A program made the translations under genes and the position numbers. Shown here piece after piece: positions 18,694 to 30,500 of a stretch of 64,000 nucleotides of DNA; position 1 is the first letter of the stretch; the number at the start of each line of letters is the position of its first letter. Source of the DNA: Mantamonas sphyraenae STR306 (lineage: Eukaryota > Protista > CRuMs); assembly GCA_026936335.1 (NCBI GenBank), contig JAPMXV010000020.1, positions 1 through 64,000 of the forward strand, read 5' to 3'. A model generated the notes under the pieces. It ran no database searches. It was not told where the DNA came from and saw only the letters and a program-made list of their open reading frames with translations.

Positions 18694-19554
18694 ATGGCCT
18701 CCCCCGGCGGCCAGATCACCCTCGACTCCAACGGTGTCGACTTTCAATTGCCCGACGTGTCGTTCGGACCCGTCATTGATGGCACTCTGGCCTCCCTCCT
18801 CATTGCCACCGGTCTGGTCGTCCTCTTCTTTGGCTACCGCTTCTTTCGGGCCTTTCTCGTCCTCGCCGGTGCCATCCTTGGCTTCTGCATGGGCTTTTAC
18901 CTTGTCTCCCTCCTTGGCCTCGGTCAGACGGCTGCCATCATAGCCGGCATTGCCTGTGCCATCATCATCGCCTCCGTGGTGTCCTTTGTCTATGTCACCG
19001 CCATCTTTCTCTGCGGCGTCCTCGTCCTCCTCTTTCTCTACTTCCTCTTCACCGCCCTTGCCCCTGGTGTCATCACAAACATTGCCATCAACCTCGCCCT
19101 CATCGTTCTCCTTGCCCTCATCGCCGGCATCCTTGCCCTCAAGGTCGAAACCCAAATCACCATCCTTGCCAGCGCTGCCACAGGTGCCTTTGCCTTTGCC
19201 GTCGGTGTCGACCACTTTGTCGGTGGCCAGCTCAACCCATTGCGTCTCCTCTATGGTCTCGGCTGCCAGGACATCCCCTGCTACGTCCTTTCTGGCTTCT
19301 CCCTCCCTCTCGCCGCCCTCGGTGCCTTTGTCCAGTTCCGCTACACCGCCAAAAAGGCCATTGCCCAGCGCAAGGCCTCCCGCAAGGAAAAGAAGAATGA
19401 GGCTGACCTCATGGAGACCGTCAGTCTCCTCGAGGGCCGCATTGAAGCCCTCACCAACCTCCAGAGCAAGATCCTCACAGACATCTCCACCCTCGAAAAC
19501 GGCTCCCACCTCACCCAGGCTGTCTCCAGTCCCAGCAGTTCCACCTCCACCTAA
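18694..19554 (+). CDS. TM7S3/TMEM198-like (DUF4203) polytopic membrane protein, 286 aa
   Basis: GLVVLFFGYRFFRAFLVLAGAILG, SAATGAFAFAVGVDHF, GAFVQF; about 7 TM helices. Confidence 0.8.
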   Translation: MASPGGQITLDSNGVDFQLPDVSFGPVIDGTLASLLIATGLVVLFFGYRFFRAFLVLAGAILGFCMGFYLVSLLGLGQTAAIIAGIACAIIIASVVSFVYVTAIFLCGVLVLLFLYFLFTALAPGVITNIAINLALIVLLALIAGILALKVETQITILASAATGAFAFAVGVDHFVGGQLNPLRLLYGLGCQDIPCYVLSGFSLPLAALGAFVQFRYTAKKAIAQRKASRKEKKNEADLMETVSLLEGRIEALTNLQSKILTDISTLENGSHLTQAVSSPSSSTST

Positions 19555-19658
19555 GCCCCCATTCAAGCCCCTCCCGCCCCCCTCCCCCAATTTCACCACA
19601 ATGTACAGCAACAGCCTCCCCTCCCACCCACCCAACCCGTTTCTGTGCATTCCCACCC

Positions 19659-20961
19659 ATGACCTCCAGATTCGGACGAAGCTCCCGTTCCTCCTCTGGT
19701 GGCTCTTCTGGCTCCCGCTTTGGCAGCAGTCGCTCCTCTTCAGGTGGCTCAGGATCAGGCTCCCGCTTCGGAAGCAGCCGATCCACACGCTCCGGAAGCA
19801 GCAGCAGCGGTAGCGGTTTCTCCTCACGCCGCACCTCCGGTGGAAGTTCCAGCAGCCGCACTGGCTTCTCTTCTCGTCGCACCTCCAGTGGCTCCACCAG
19901 TGCGTCGTCCAACCTCCTTGCTGCGCCCCGCCATGCGACCCTCGCTCACACACAAACTCCACTCCCCCTTTCTCCACCACAGGCTCCTCGCGACGCACAA
20001 GCGGTGGCTTTTCATCCCGACGCTCCGGATGTAAGTCTTCTGCAACGCCACCACCCGTGCCCGTGGTCCCCCCTGCAAGCCCTGGTAGCCCGCTTGCGAT
20101 CCCCCGCGCGCCAAAATTCTGACACTTGCCTCCATGCCTCCACCCTTCCCCATCCGCCCGTCTCCAGCCACCTCTCGCAGTGGCAGCCGATGGAGCAGCA
20201 GGCGTGGCTCCGATGATAGAGAGGAACGCGGCGGTCTGCGAGCCTCTGCCGTCGACGCCACTGCCATCTTTAATGATCTCACAGCCCAGTTTGACCCATC
20301 CCACGTCGACTGCAAGTTCCAGGCCTTCTTCTTCAACAAACACGAGGACAACACCATTGTCGAGCCGCCCGAACATGTGCCTCGAAGCGTCTGGCTTCAG
20401 GTCCAGCAGAACAACCCAGACAAAAAGGCCTTTGCCCCCGTCGAGATCCGTGGCTTCGACCAGCTCCAGGAACGCATCAGCAAGCAGCGCGAACGTTGCA
20501 AGCAACACAAAATCATCCTTGCCAACGTTGCCGAGCAGCTCGACAGCATGAAGCAGCGCCACGCCCTCAGCGTCAGCAAGATCCAGGCCGCACGCGTCCA
20601 GCAGCAGGAACTCACCTCCAAGGTCCTCATCATTGCCAAAAAGATGGAGGTTCTCAGGGCCCGTGGTCTGCCCATCAGTGCCATGGAGGAAGACTTTCGC
20701 ATGCGTGTCGACCACCTCCTGGCCGAGCTCAGCAACCCGCAGCAGTTTACAAATCACACTCGCGAGCTCAAGAGCCTCGTCGCTGCCAAGCAAAGCCGTC
20801 CTGCAGAGAACTTTAAGATCCTCGAGGAGGAGGACGTGGAAAACGTCAGCACCTATCTGCAGGAGCAGCAGAACGGCATCTCCCAGCTCGTCAGCATCCT
20901 CAAGAAGGACATGGCCGACGTCAAGCTCATGTATTCCGAGTATGTCAAGCAACAGTCATGA
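19659..20961 (+). CDS. NUP54: Nucleoporin Nup54/Nup57, 360 aa; join(19659..19899,19983..20030,20168..20961)
   Basis: FDPSHVDCKFQAFFFN, WLQVQQNNPD..FAPVEIRGFDQLQER, coiled coils, LQEQQNGISQLVSILKKD; two phase-1 introns join a Ser/Arg/Gly FG region in frame. Confidence 0.88.
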
Positions 20962-20995
20962 TGATGCACACACACCACTCTCTCTCTCTTTCCTC

Positions 20996-22475
20996 CTATC
21001 CTTCACCGAGCGCCTCGGCAAGAATCAAACTCGGCACCACCGTCCGCTCTCGCCGGTGCACCCACAGCCGAAAGTACAGCCGCACATGCATAAACAGCAT
21101 CGATTGTCCAACCTTGCGCAGCTCCTTCTCATCCTCCTGTGCCTCGCAGGCCTCCTGTGCTCCGCGCGGCAGAAGCGATGCCGCTCCCTGTCCATACGCA
21201 TGGAAGCGCACGCTGCCAGTACGGTCGGCCACACATGCATGCACACGCACAGAACGGCAGGCCGTCACCTCGTCCGCTTCACAGCGCCGGTTCTCGCACA
21301 CGCCGCTCTTGGCCAGTTTGTGTTTGCAACCGCTGCACGCAAGCACACTCGACACCTCCACCTGCGTCAGCACGCCCATCAAGCATACGTAGCTGCTCTC
21401 CTTGCTTGACACACGCTTGTGCAAAAGACCGTGCACGCTCACACGCTCCTTGATCTGCTCCACATCCTCTGCGCCCAGCACAACCTCGTTTTCTCCCGCT
21501 CCGCCGACACCCGAAGGGCCACCATGCCCGGCTGTCGACGATCCGCCGCTTCCCTGTGCCGTCTGCCGCCCATACTGCTCCTCGGCCCGGTTGTCCTGTG
21601 ACCATTCAAACAGAAACGCGGCACGGTGCAGCTCCGGATCAATCGACATTGAGCTATGCTGTGACCATCTCAACCCGACGCTCGATCCGTCCTTTCCACC
21701 AGCCACCACCTGCACGCCCGTCAGCAACACCACTCGGTTGAACAGCCACGGGTCCTCTGCTTGCGGCAGCTCTCCCACCCACTCCTCCAGCTGTTTGCCC
21801 CAGATCTTCAGGTAGCACGATGCCGTCGTGTCGTCGTACATCCGCACGCTCAACCGCTTGATCGTCCCTCCCTTGCGCGTTCGCACCTCCTCCACACCAT
21901 AAACCCCGCGAACCATCGCCACCACGTCCACGTGTGCCCCGATGAATCCCTGCAGGCAATCCAGCGGCACCAGCTGTCCGTCACCGACCACGTCGCTCAT
22001 CTCCAGCCGCGACATCGTGTCCACACTCACACGGCAGTGGCTGCTGCTCTCCACACGCACCTGCACCAGCGGAGTCTCGCCCTACCCACACCTGAGTCAG
22101 GATTCGCCGTCCAGTTTGCTCCAAATCGCCCGATTTTCCTCTTTCCCCATCGCTCACCTGCCGCCCCTCCTACCCTTCACTTACCCCTTCCTGTGGCACA
22201 AGGCTCACCTTGCCTTGTTGCACCACCACCGTGTCTTCCACCTCAAAGCTGTCTGCAAATGCCGTGGCCTCGCCCCAGCATGTCACAAGACACTGACCCG
22301 TCCGATCCCGCACAACAAAGTTCACACACTGTGTCGCCTGGCCCCGCTTGTCTGCAAACGTACGCACCTCTCCCTTGGCCATGCACCTACCCATCACCGT
22401 CACTCGTTGCCCGTGGCTGTTGGCGTTGTTGGCCACGCTCTCAATCTCGCTGCACAGCATGCTTTGCATCATCAT
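20996..22475 (-). CDS. MEIOB: Meiosis-specific OB-fold protein (RPA1 paralogue), 458 aa; exons 22475-22185, 22081-20996
   Basis: FVVRD...TCWG...DSFEVEDTVVV; VDVVAMVR, VRMYDDT, IDPELHRAAFLFEW; C-terminal OB fold with CSGC...C zinc finger and DRTGS; intron GTAAGT...GGGTAG. Confidence 0.75.
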
Positions 22476-22598
22476 TTCGATTGCTGGTCGCTGTTGTGTT
22501 TATGAATTCAAAGAATCCCTTGGCAGCCACCACGCATGTGTGTGCCACTCACCCCATGCGCCATCCCCCACAACCGTTCTTTTACTGCACAAACACCC

Positions 22599-23444
22599 AT
22601 GAAAGATTCCACAAAGGACAAGCTCATCATAGCGGGCGGATTGGTGGTCATTGTGGGAATCATCACGGGCATTGTCTTTCTCATCATCTATCTCATCAGC
22701 CTGCCGCCGCCTTCCAACGACACAGCCAGCGAGCCAACAGCCACCCCGGCGTTGGCAAAACTCGAAGACATCGACGCGCCGCGCGCAGCCTATGGACCAG
22801 GAGACACGGTGATGGGCAAAGTGTCCTCCTCTGCAGACGCCAAAGTCAACGTCCAGCTGCTGACCATTCCACAGACCAGGGCGCAGCGACAAAACAACCG
22901 CGAGAGCTTTGCCATCTTCCACAAGGACATCATCCAGTACACCACCTTTGCCGACGCCCAAACTGCCCACGCAGCCCGCAAAGAACTTGTGGACAACCCA
23001 CACTATGTCATCAACCAGCTCGGTGTGGACACAGACCCGTACCCGGTGGTCAAGTGCCAGCTGCCCGTGGGCGCAAACGATAGCCAACTGCTGGGCGCTG
23101 TCCTTGTCCTTGAATCCTGGTTCTCCCGCAACCTTTCCAGCAGTGATCGTGACAACATCACCACCGTCAACGAGTGTGCTTCCACCGTCGACAACCAGAT
23201 GGGCAACTTTACAGACTGTTCCGTGACCCGCAACGAGTTTGGCGACAAAACACGCCACTTTGTCCGCCGCTGCTACACCTTTCTCATCGAGAACGGGTAC
23301 GACAATGGCACCCGTGTCGATGACAATGTCCAAGTGTTCTCTGTTGCCTACCTCAACCATGGTCCAACCCTGTGGGCTCCTGCCTTGCTCTCCCTGGCCC
23401 TCCTAGGCTTCTGCACCACCCTTGCCACCTTTGCACTCCTGTGA
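22599..23444 (+). CDS. Orphan membrane protein with N-terminal TM and hydrophobic C-terminus, 281 aa
   Basis: TM LIIAGGLVVIVGIITGIVFLIIYLI; several N-glycosylation sequons and four Cys in the ectodomain; ends PALLSLALLGFCTTLATFALL. Confidence 0.8.
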   Translation: MKDSTKDKLIIAGGLVVIVGIITGIVFLIIYLISLPPPSNDTASEPTATPALAKLEDIDAPRAAYGPGDTVMGKVSSSADAKVNVQLLTIPQTRAQRQNNRESFAIFHKDIIQYTTFADAQTAHAARKELVDNPHYVINQLGVDTDPYPVVKCQLPVGANDSQLLGAVLVLESWFSRNLSSSDRDNITTVNECASTVDNQMGNFTDCSVTRNEFGDKTRHFVRRCYTFLIENGYDNGTRVDDNVQVFSVAYLNHGPTLWAPALLSLALLGFCTTLATFALL

Positions 23445-23621
23445 TTTCGGCATGCAACCACCCTTTTCCTGCAAAATACACCCTACCTGTTCCTGTTTCC
23501 TACCACCCAAATTCCATCCAGCTACATTTCTTCCTCCCTTCTTCCACACTCCCCGTCCTGCAGCGCGCGCTTGGTTTGCGCTTTGCCGCCGTTTTGCTCG
23601 CTGAACAAAAACACCAGCTCT

Positions 23622-24383
23622 CTACCACAGCTCGCTCTCCATGCCCCCCACAGCAACAGCCAGGGCCGACACAGCAGTGACCGTAAGCGTCCAAAGCCAC
23701 GAAGATGAGGCGGTGGTGACCCCCGTGGCCTTGGCGTCGGTGCCTTCCTCTGCGTTCTGCTTGATGAAAACAATGCCCCTGTAGTGGTACCTGTTGGCGT
23801 TGGGATCACGCACCACATTCTTGACATTGCAACTCAACAGGGTGGGCGAGCTGTCCTTGTTGAACACCAGGGTGAGCAGGTAGCCACCCCATTTGGTGTT
23901 GCCGTCCCCAGAGGTGTCTCGGCTGCAAAACACCACGTCTCCACGGTTCACATTGGCCAGATTCTGCTTGGGGAATGCCCAGAACACATGCTGGGTGGCT
24001 GTCAGGTTGATACTGGAAGCGAACGTCTGCACCACCGTCGTGTTCTGGTCATAGCGCACGCGACGCCCCGTGTACCTCAACGGGCTCACCACATACCCAG
24101 ACACCATGTTCACCCGCGGTGCCTTTTCAAACTCATGCACATTGCCATTCTCCAGTGTGTAGTTGTACTCTGGCACCTCAAACACAGGGAAGGTCACCTG
24201 TGTGCTGTCGCTCATGTTGGCAAAGATGGGCTCCAGCGACACCATCCCACGCACGTCTGTCGAGCTTGTCCATGCCCCTTCCACCCTCACCACACACACA
24301 CATGCACCCATGAGCACCACCCCCATCATCATCATGTTGGCCATCCTCCCCATCCATCCACCTTGACCCTTGCTTGATGCCAT
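23622..24383 (-). CDS. Orphan secreted or anchored protein, up to 253 aa
   Basis: Signal-like GVVLMGACVCVVRVEGA, beta-rich body with sequons, hydrophobic C-terminal segment; start Met ambiguous. Confidence 0.7.
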   Translation of the reverse strand: MASSKGQGGWMGRMANMMMMGVVLMGACVCVVRVEGAWTSSTDVRGMVSLEPIFANMSDSTQVTFPVFEVPEYNYTLENGNVHEFEKAPRVNMVSGYVVSPLRYTGRRVRYDQNTTVVQTFASSINLTATQHVFWAFPKQNLANVNRGDVVFCSRDTSGDGNTKWGGYLLTLVFNKDSSPTLLSCNVKNVVRDPNANRYHYRGIVFIKQNAEEGTDAKATGVTTASSSWLWTLTVTAVSALAVAVGGMESELW

Positions 24384-24457
24384 CGTTTGTCCACTGCTTG
24401 TTGGCCACCACAGCGCCCACCCACCCAAACCATCTCTCCCACCTCCCCTCTCCCAGG

Positions 24458-27400
24458 ATGTCCAAACCCATCCTCCACAACAACCTCATCTTCTTCTCCA
24501 ACCTCGTGGACAATGACGAACGCTCCTCCTCCAAGAAATCCTCCAAGAGCAAGTCCAAAAAGGTGTGTGCTCGCTCTCCGTAACGGCCGGCCCGCGTTCG
24601 TCTTTTTCCATTCCAACCACTTCCAACCCCCACTCACCCCACCCCCCGCCATGCCATCCCCCATCCACCATCCACCATCCCCACCCACATGCAGAAGGGC
24701 ACGTTGAAGCGATCCCGTTCCTACACAGATCTCTCCAAGGCCGGCCAGGGTGTCCGTTTGCCCGACGTGGCTCGCCGTCGTTCGAATCCGTCCTCGTTGT
24801 CGTCTGGCTCCCGTGGTCCGCTCAAGAGTTCCCGTTCCCTGCCCACCATGCACAGGTCACGCAGTGCCGTGTCCACATCCTCCTCCACATCCTCCTCATC
24901 ACGTCGCCTGGCGTCTGCTGCCCGTCGTGTCACCTCCACCACCTCCTCTGGCACCCTTAGCCAACAGACACCCTTCCGTGGCGACGTCCATGCACTTGTG
25001 GACCGACTGTACTCTCGACACACCCTCAGTGCGTCCTCTTCACGACGCAGGAGCAGCCAGGAGCAGGAGGAGCATGGCAAGCCGCCTCGCAAACCCATCC
25101 GGCTGAGTGAGCTGTCCAGCATGTCGTTCTCCCAGAGCACCAAGAGCATGATGAACAAACAGGTGGAGGCCAAGGAACTGTCGACGTGGAAGAAGCGCAA
25201 TGGGATCAGTGCACGCACAAAGGTGTTTAGTGACAACGAACCGTTGCCTCCGCAAATCCGCCGCCTGCTGCTGCGTCGTGGCTGGGTGCCCAACCCCGAC
25301 CCAGAGTCCCCCCTGTACAACTTCCGATGGAACATTTATGCCCATGACTTTGACTGGGCCAACCGCACCGACCACGAACTGGCCAACCACTTTCCCAACT
25401 GTCTGGAGGTGCTGGGTGCCAAGAACAAGCTTGCCCAATCCCTCCACAAGGCCCACTTCTACCTGGACGATGACCATTACGTCAACCCAGAGGAGTTCCT
25501 GGCCCGTTCCTACGACATGAGCCAGGCCGAAACCATGGCCGACTTTCTCGACGACTTCCGCCGCTCCGCCGCAGAGGCCATCCTCAAGATCTTTGTGCGC
25601 AACGTGGACCAGGAGTTTGAGTGCAGCCGCATCGAACCCGAACACAGCCGACTGCACATGGTCCTGCGCATGGCCCTCCACGAGACTGTGCGTCGTGTGG
25701 ACACCCTGCGTGGCTTCCACGAACAGGTGGACATGCCTGCACGACGTGACCTGGACGACACCGAGTGGGAACTCGTGTGTGCCTTTGCTCGCCATTTCAA
25801 CAAACACTCCCCGTACCGCTACCACCTCACCGACGAGGACAAGCTGGCACGTGGCGAGGACGAGGCCTACAACACCAAACGCAAACGCAGGCCCCTCAAC
25901 AGTGGCTCCATCCAGATTGCTCGTGATCGCATCTACATCAAATACTGGGCCAAGCACCATCCCCACCTGGACAACGAGGGTCTCTGGAACGACAAGGAAT
26001 CCAACGAAAAGGCCGGCTCCCTGCCCTTCCTCTACGACACCCTCGAGGCTTCCGGATGGTCCTTCCGCAACCTCATCACGCGTGCCCTCGACGACGACGG
26101 CTCCGATGCAGAGGGGATCGACGAAGCGACGGGCACCGAGCCGTTGGACCAGTTCACTCTGTACCTGCGTGCCCAGCAGGCCCTCAGCATGCTCCAACGC
26201 CTGGACAGGGGCTATGGCGAGAATGACGGCAACAACATTTGGATCATCAAACCCAGCAGTGGGTCGCAGGGATGGGGCATCTTCACCAGCGACTCCTTGG
26301 TGACCATCATGGACTATGTCAACAGTTCCCTCATGGAGGAGCGCTGGGTGGCCCAGAAGTACGTGGAGAGACCCATCATCTACCATCGGCGTCGCTTTGA
26401 CTGCCGTCAGTGGGTGCTGATCACCAGCTTGGAACCCCTCACCGTGTACTTTTATGACCGATGCTACTTCCGCTTCACCACGGCCGACTACACCGTGGAC
26501 GACCTCCACAACTGCTTTGCTCACCTGTGCAACGGGGCTGTGGCCAAGAATAGCGATGCATACGGCACGCTGGAGGGCACCAAGTGCAACATCATGCTGC
26601 TGGACCAGATGCAGGCCTGGCTGAAGGAGTCCCACGGTGGACGCGACGTGTGGACAGAGGTCATGAAGCCACGCATGATGGACATTGTGCGTACCATGTA
26701 CCGCACCGCACAGCGTGAGTTGCGCCACGAAAAGAACACCTTTGAGCTCCACGGCCTCGACTTTCTCTTTGACGAGGATCTCAAGACCTACCTGATTGAG
26801 GTCAACACCGTGCCCGTGCTCCAAACAGACCCTCGCATCCCGTACACCCGTCTCACCACAGACATGCTCAACGACCTCCTCAAGGTCGTTGTCGACAACA
26901 ACCTCGACCCCATGGCCGACGACACCGGTGACTGGGTCCTCCTCGAACACAGAGACTGTTCCATCGGCGGCACCGTCCATCTCAACCAGGATCTCACTGT
27001 CGAGGGCGTCGGCTGCATCGATGTGCCCTCTCGACGTCCCTCCACACGCGGTGGCGGTGCCGGTCGTCCATCCACGCGTGGCTCCCAATCCCACCGCTCC
27101 ACCTCCTCCATGAGTGTCAGCGACGAGTCTGCACACATGGTGGACAGCGACGATAGCCTTGACGACACTGTGGTGGTCAGCATCACCGCAAGCAACAAGG
27201 AGAACCATACACCCCATGTGCACGACGATCTCAGCAGCAGCGACGACGATGACAGCGACAATGACGACAATGACGACGACGACGACCATCACCATGACCA
27301 CCACATCGTCTCCTTGTCCAACTCCACACACACTTCGCGTCTGCGTGAGCCTGCCATGCGTTCCGTCTCGCCTTTTGGCAAGAGCAAGACGACACACAGC

Positions 27401-27529
27401 AGGCTGTCCACACCCCCACGCGGCATTGGCACAGGCAGCAGCAGCAGCAGCAGCAGCAGCTCCTCCTCCTCCTCCTCCGCCACCTCCTCCATGCAAGCCC
27501 TCGCTGACTATTTTGCCTCGCCGTCGTAA
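24458..27529 (+). CDS. TTLL3: Tubulin glycylase, TTLL3/TTLL8-like, ~979 aa; join(24458..24562,24695..27529)
   Basis: WIIKPSSGSQGWGI, WVAQKYVERP, FDCRQWVLIT, AHLCN, FELHGLDF, LIEVN; NHF motif upstream. First exon inferred from GTGTGT...ATGCAG. Confidence 0.85.
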
Positions 27530-27547
27530 ATGAAAACTTCCATTCCT

Positions 27548-30500
27548 TCACCCTCTCTCCACCAAACTCAACGCATCCTCTTCTTCTCCTCCCTCGTCGT
27601 CTTCCTCGTCCTCCCCTTCTTCCCCATTCTCGTCTTCTTCCTCCATTCCTTCCTCGTCGTCCTCCTCGCCTTCCTCATCCTCTTCGCCCTCCTCATCCCC
27701 ATCCACCGTTTCCTTGCCCTTGCTGCTCTCGCCATCCTCCCCGTCTTTCCCCTCATCTGTGTGTCGCTTGTGGTGCTTGTGATGGTGCCTACGCTTGCCC
27801 CTCCCTGCCACCAGATGCACCACGCTCTGGCTGTTCTTCCGCATCATCGACCTCTTTCGCCGTGCCTTCTTCTTGTTCACTGCCGTGCTGCTGGTGCCCA
27901 TGATCTCCCCCAATCCCAGCTTTGAGTTCTTCACATACTCCTCTGCCGTCTCCCTCGCGGGTGCAAAGATGTGTGTGTGGTTCATAAACACCTCGTGCAC
28001 ACTCAGCACACGTTGGGCACTCAGCACGTTCTTCCGGTAGTTGCTCGCACTCTTCAGATGCTCGTTGTGTGCCGCCACGATGTTCTGGTACCTCTTCCGC
28101 GCCTCTTCGTCCAGATTCTCCACGTGGGCAGGCATCACCGTCATCTCCTGTGTGCGTCGTGTGCTGCGTTTCAACAGCCCCCTGTTCTGCCGCTGCATAA
28201 AAGTGTTCAGTGGCACCGTGTCCTCTGGCAGCAGCCGTCCAATCTGCGCATCAAACCCGCGTGCCACAATCGCCTCCACCTCACGCAATGGTTTCTTTGG
28301 ATCGATGATTGTCAACACCTCAATGACTCCCTCCACCGTCACATAGTCCACCGTCTTTTCCACGTGTTCTTCGTGCTTCATCCCGCTCTTTTCGTCTGCT
28401 GCACGTGCGTGTCGCACGTACGCCTTGAGCGTCTCTGTCACCTCTGTCTTGTATGCCAACACCTCATACAGGTGCTGGTCACGCAGCGTTTCTGCAAAGT
28501 GGCCCTGGTCCATGTCCCTGTTCTCTGCAAACAGCAAACCGTACTCCACCTCCTTTGGAAAGTCGTACGCCAGCGCCGTCATCAGCTTCTCCATGTCCTC
28601 CTCGCTCTTGGATGGACACAAACTCTCCACCACACTCTTCACCACACTGTGCTTCACCAGACCCGTCGTGCGGCTGTGTTTGCGGTAGTCATACGCCGCC
28701 AGCTTCTCCTGGATGCGGTCCATCAGCTTCATCTGGTCGTAGTACACCAGCTCACTCAGCTCACCCCGCATGATCGATGCAAACAGCTCCAGGTCTGCGT
28801 CGTACTTGTACTTCTCCAGCGAGTACACCACATTGTACGCCGTTTCCGCAATCAGCTGCGGCATCCCAAACTTTTGCTTCAGATACTCGGAGAAGAACAC
28901 GTCCAACGCCTGCATGGCTCCCTTCTTCTTGTCACTCTGCTGCTTGCGTGCCCACACATCCTTCACCAGCGCCTCTGTCTCTCGCTTCGTCATGGACCGG
29001 TTCTTGATCTTGCCCTTGGCCCGCAGGTACACGGGCACTTCGGGCCCAAAGCCCAGCGCATTGAAATACTTGAGCTCGTCTTCACCTTCCTCTGAAGACA
29101 CGGCTGCGTTGGCATAGCCCTCCAGGCCACTCACGTCCTTGTCCTTGAAGTAGTCCAGCAGCTTCTTGAGACGTGTGCTGTCGTTGCGCAGCTGTTCCAC
29201 CTCTGCCGCAATGGTGTTGATGATGTCGTTGGGTGCCACGTGCGGTGTGTAGTCAAAGTCGATCTCGGGATACAATCTGCGCAGCTGCCCCCAATCCGGT
29301 TCCACAATGCTGATCGACACCGTGTGCTGCAGCTTCTCCACCTGCTTCACCGTCGCATCCAATGCTTCCTGCATCTCCTCCAATTGTTCGTTGGCCTTCG
29401 ATAGCAGTCCACGAGTGGCAGACAGGTCGCTTTCCCTCTTTCGCAGCTTGTTGTTCATCATCACCAGCGCCGCCGCGTGTTCCGCCTGCAGATTCTCCCG
29501 TTCGATGTCCATCCGCTCGTATGCCAGCCGTGCTTCCGCCAACAGACTGCTGATCTTCATGTACTCGTCCTTGTAGTGCATTGCCTCGTTCAGATCCACC
29601 ACGGTGGCGTGGTACATGTCACGAAACTTTTCGGCTGCCACATTGGCCTCTGCAAGCTCCTCCCCAAGCAGCTTCACCTCACGCCGCATGCGCATCATGT
29701 CTTCAGACGTGGCATCCAATCGATCGCTCTTGGCCAGCATGGCTTCCCTGTGTTCCTGCACCTGTGCACGCAACCGTGCCGTCAGCTCCTGCTCCTCAGC
29801 CAGCTGCTCTTCCACCGCCTGCTTGGCACGTGCGACCGCCATGCGATCCCGTGCCAGACGCTCGGCATACTCAAAGTACGGTGCCTGGGCGTAGTATGGG
29901 GCAGAGTGCACGCCTGTGACCGCATCTGGAGTGTACACTGCCTGTTGCACCACAGGCAGGACAGCCTGAAGCACAGGCGCCACAGCAGTGTCCAATCCAC
30001 TCAGGTACTGCAACACACGCACTGCCTCTTCCGTCTGATCCCTCCTGGTCTGTGCCAATCGCATGGCATGCACACCCATCTCTGCATGACGCAACTCCCC
30101 GTGAGCCACACTGCGCTTGGGACTCACTGCCTCCACATCAACAGCGGGTCGTTGCCAATGGGTGGCACTGGGTGCACTGCGCTTGCGTGGCCATGACGAT
30201 GAAGCCGACGCCGTGTTGGCCAATCCTTCCTCCCCTTCCTGGGCCATGGTCGCCTGCCTGGGTCCCACCACATTGCCAAACACATTCACTGGCGACGGTG
30301 TCTCACGTGTCACCTGCCGCACAATCGATGACGAGGCACTCTCCCGAGACAAGGGCCTTGGGTTGGGTGACTCCCCTCCGCGCATGCTCTTTGCATTCGA
30401 TGTCTGAGTCTGCGTGCGCACCTTGCCCTCCACCTTGCGGATGGATTCGGGTGAGTACAACCTGCCCAGCTCCTGCATCTGTTGGTCCTCCTGCATGTTG

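Noticed and set aside
20031-20180. Alternative Nup54 model with a single intron ending at 20180
   Set aside because: Gives a stop within 12 codons; the two-intron model keeps frame and the repeat pattern.
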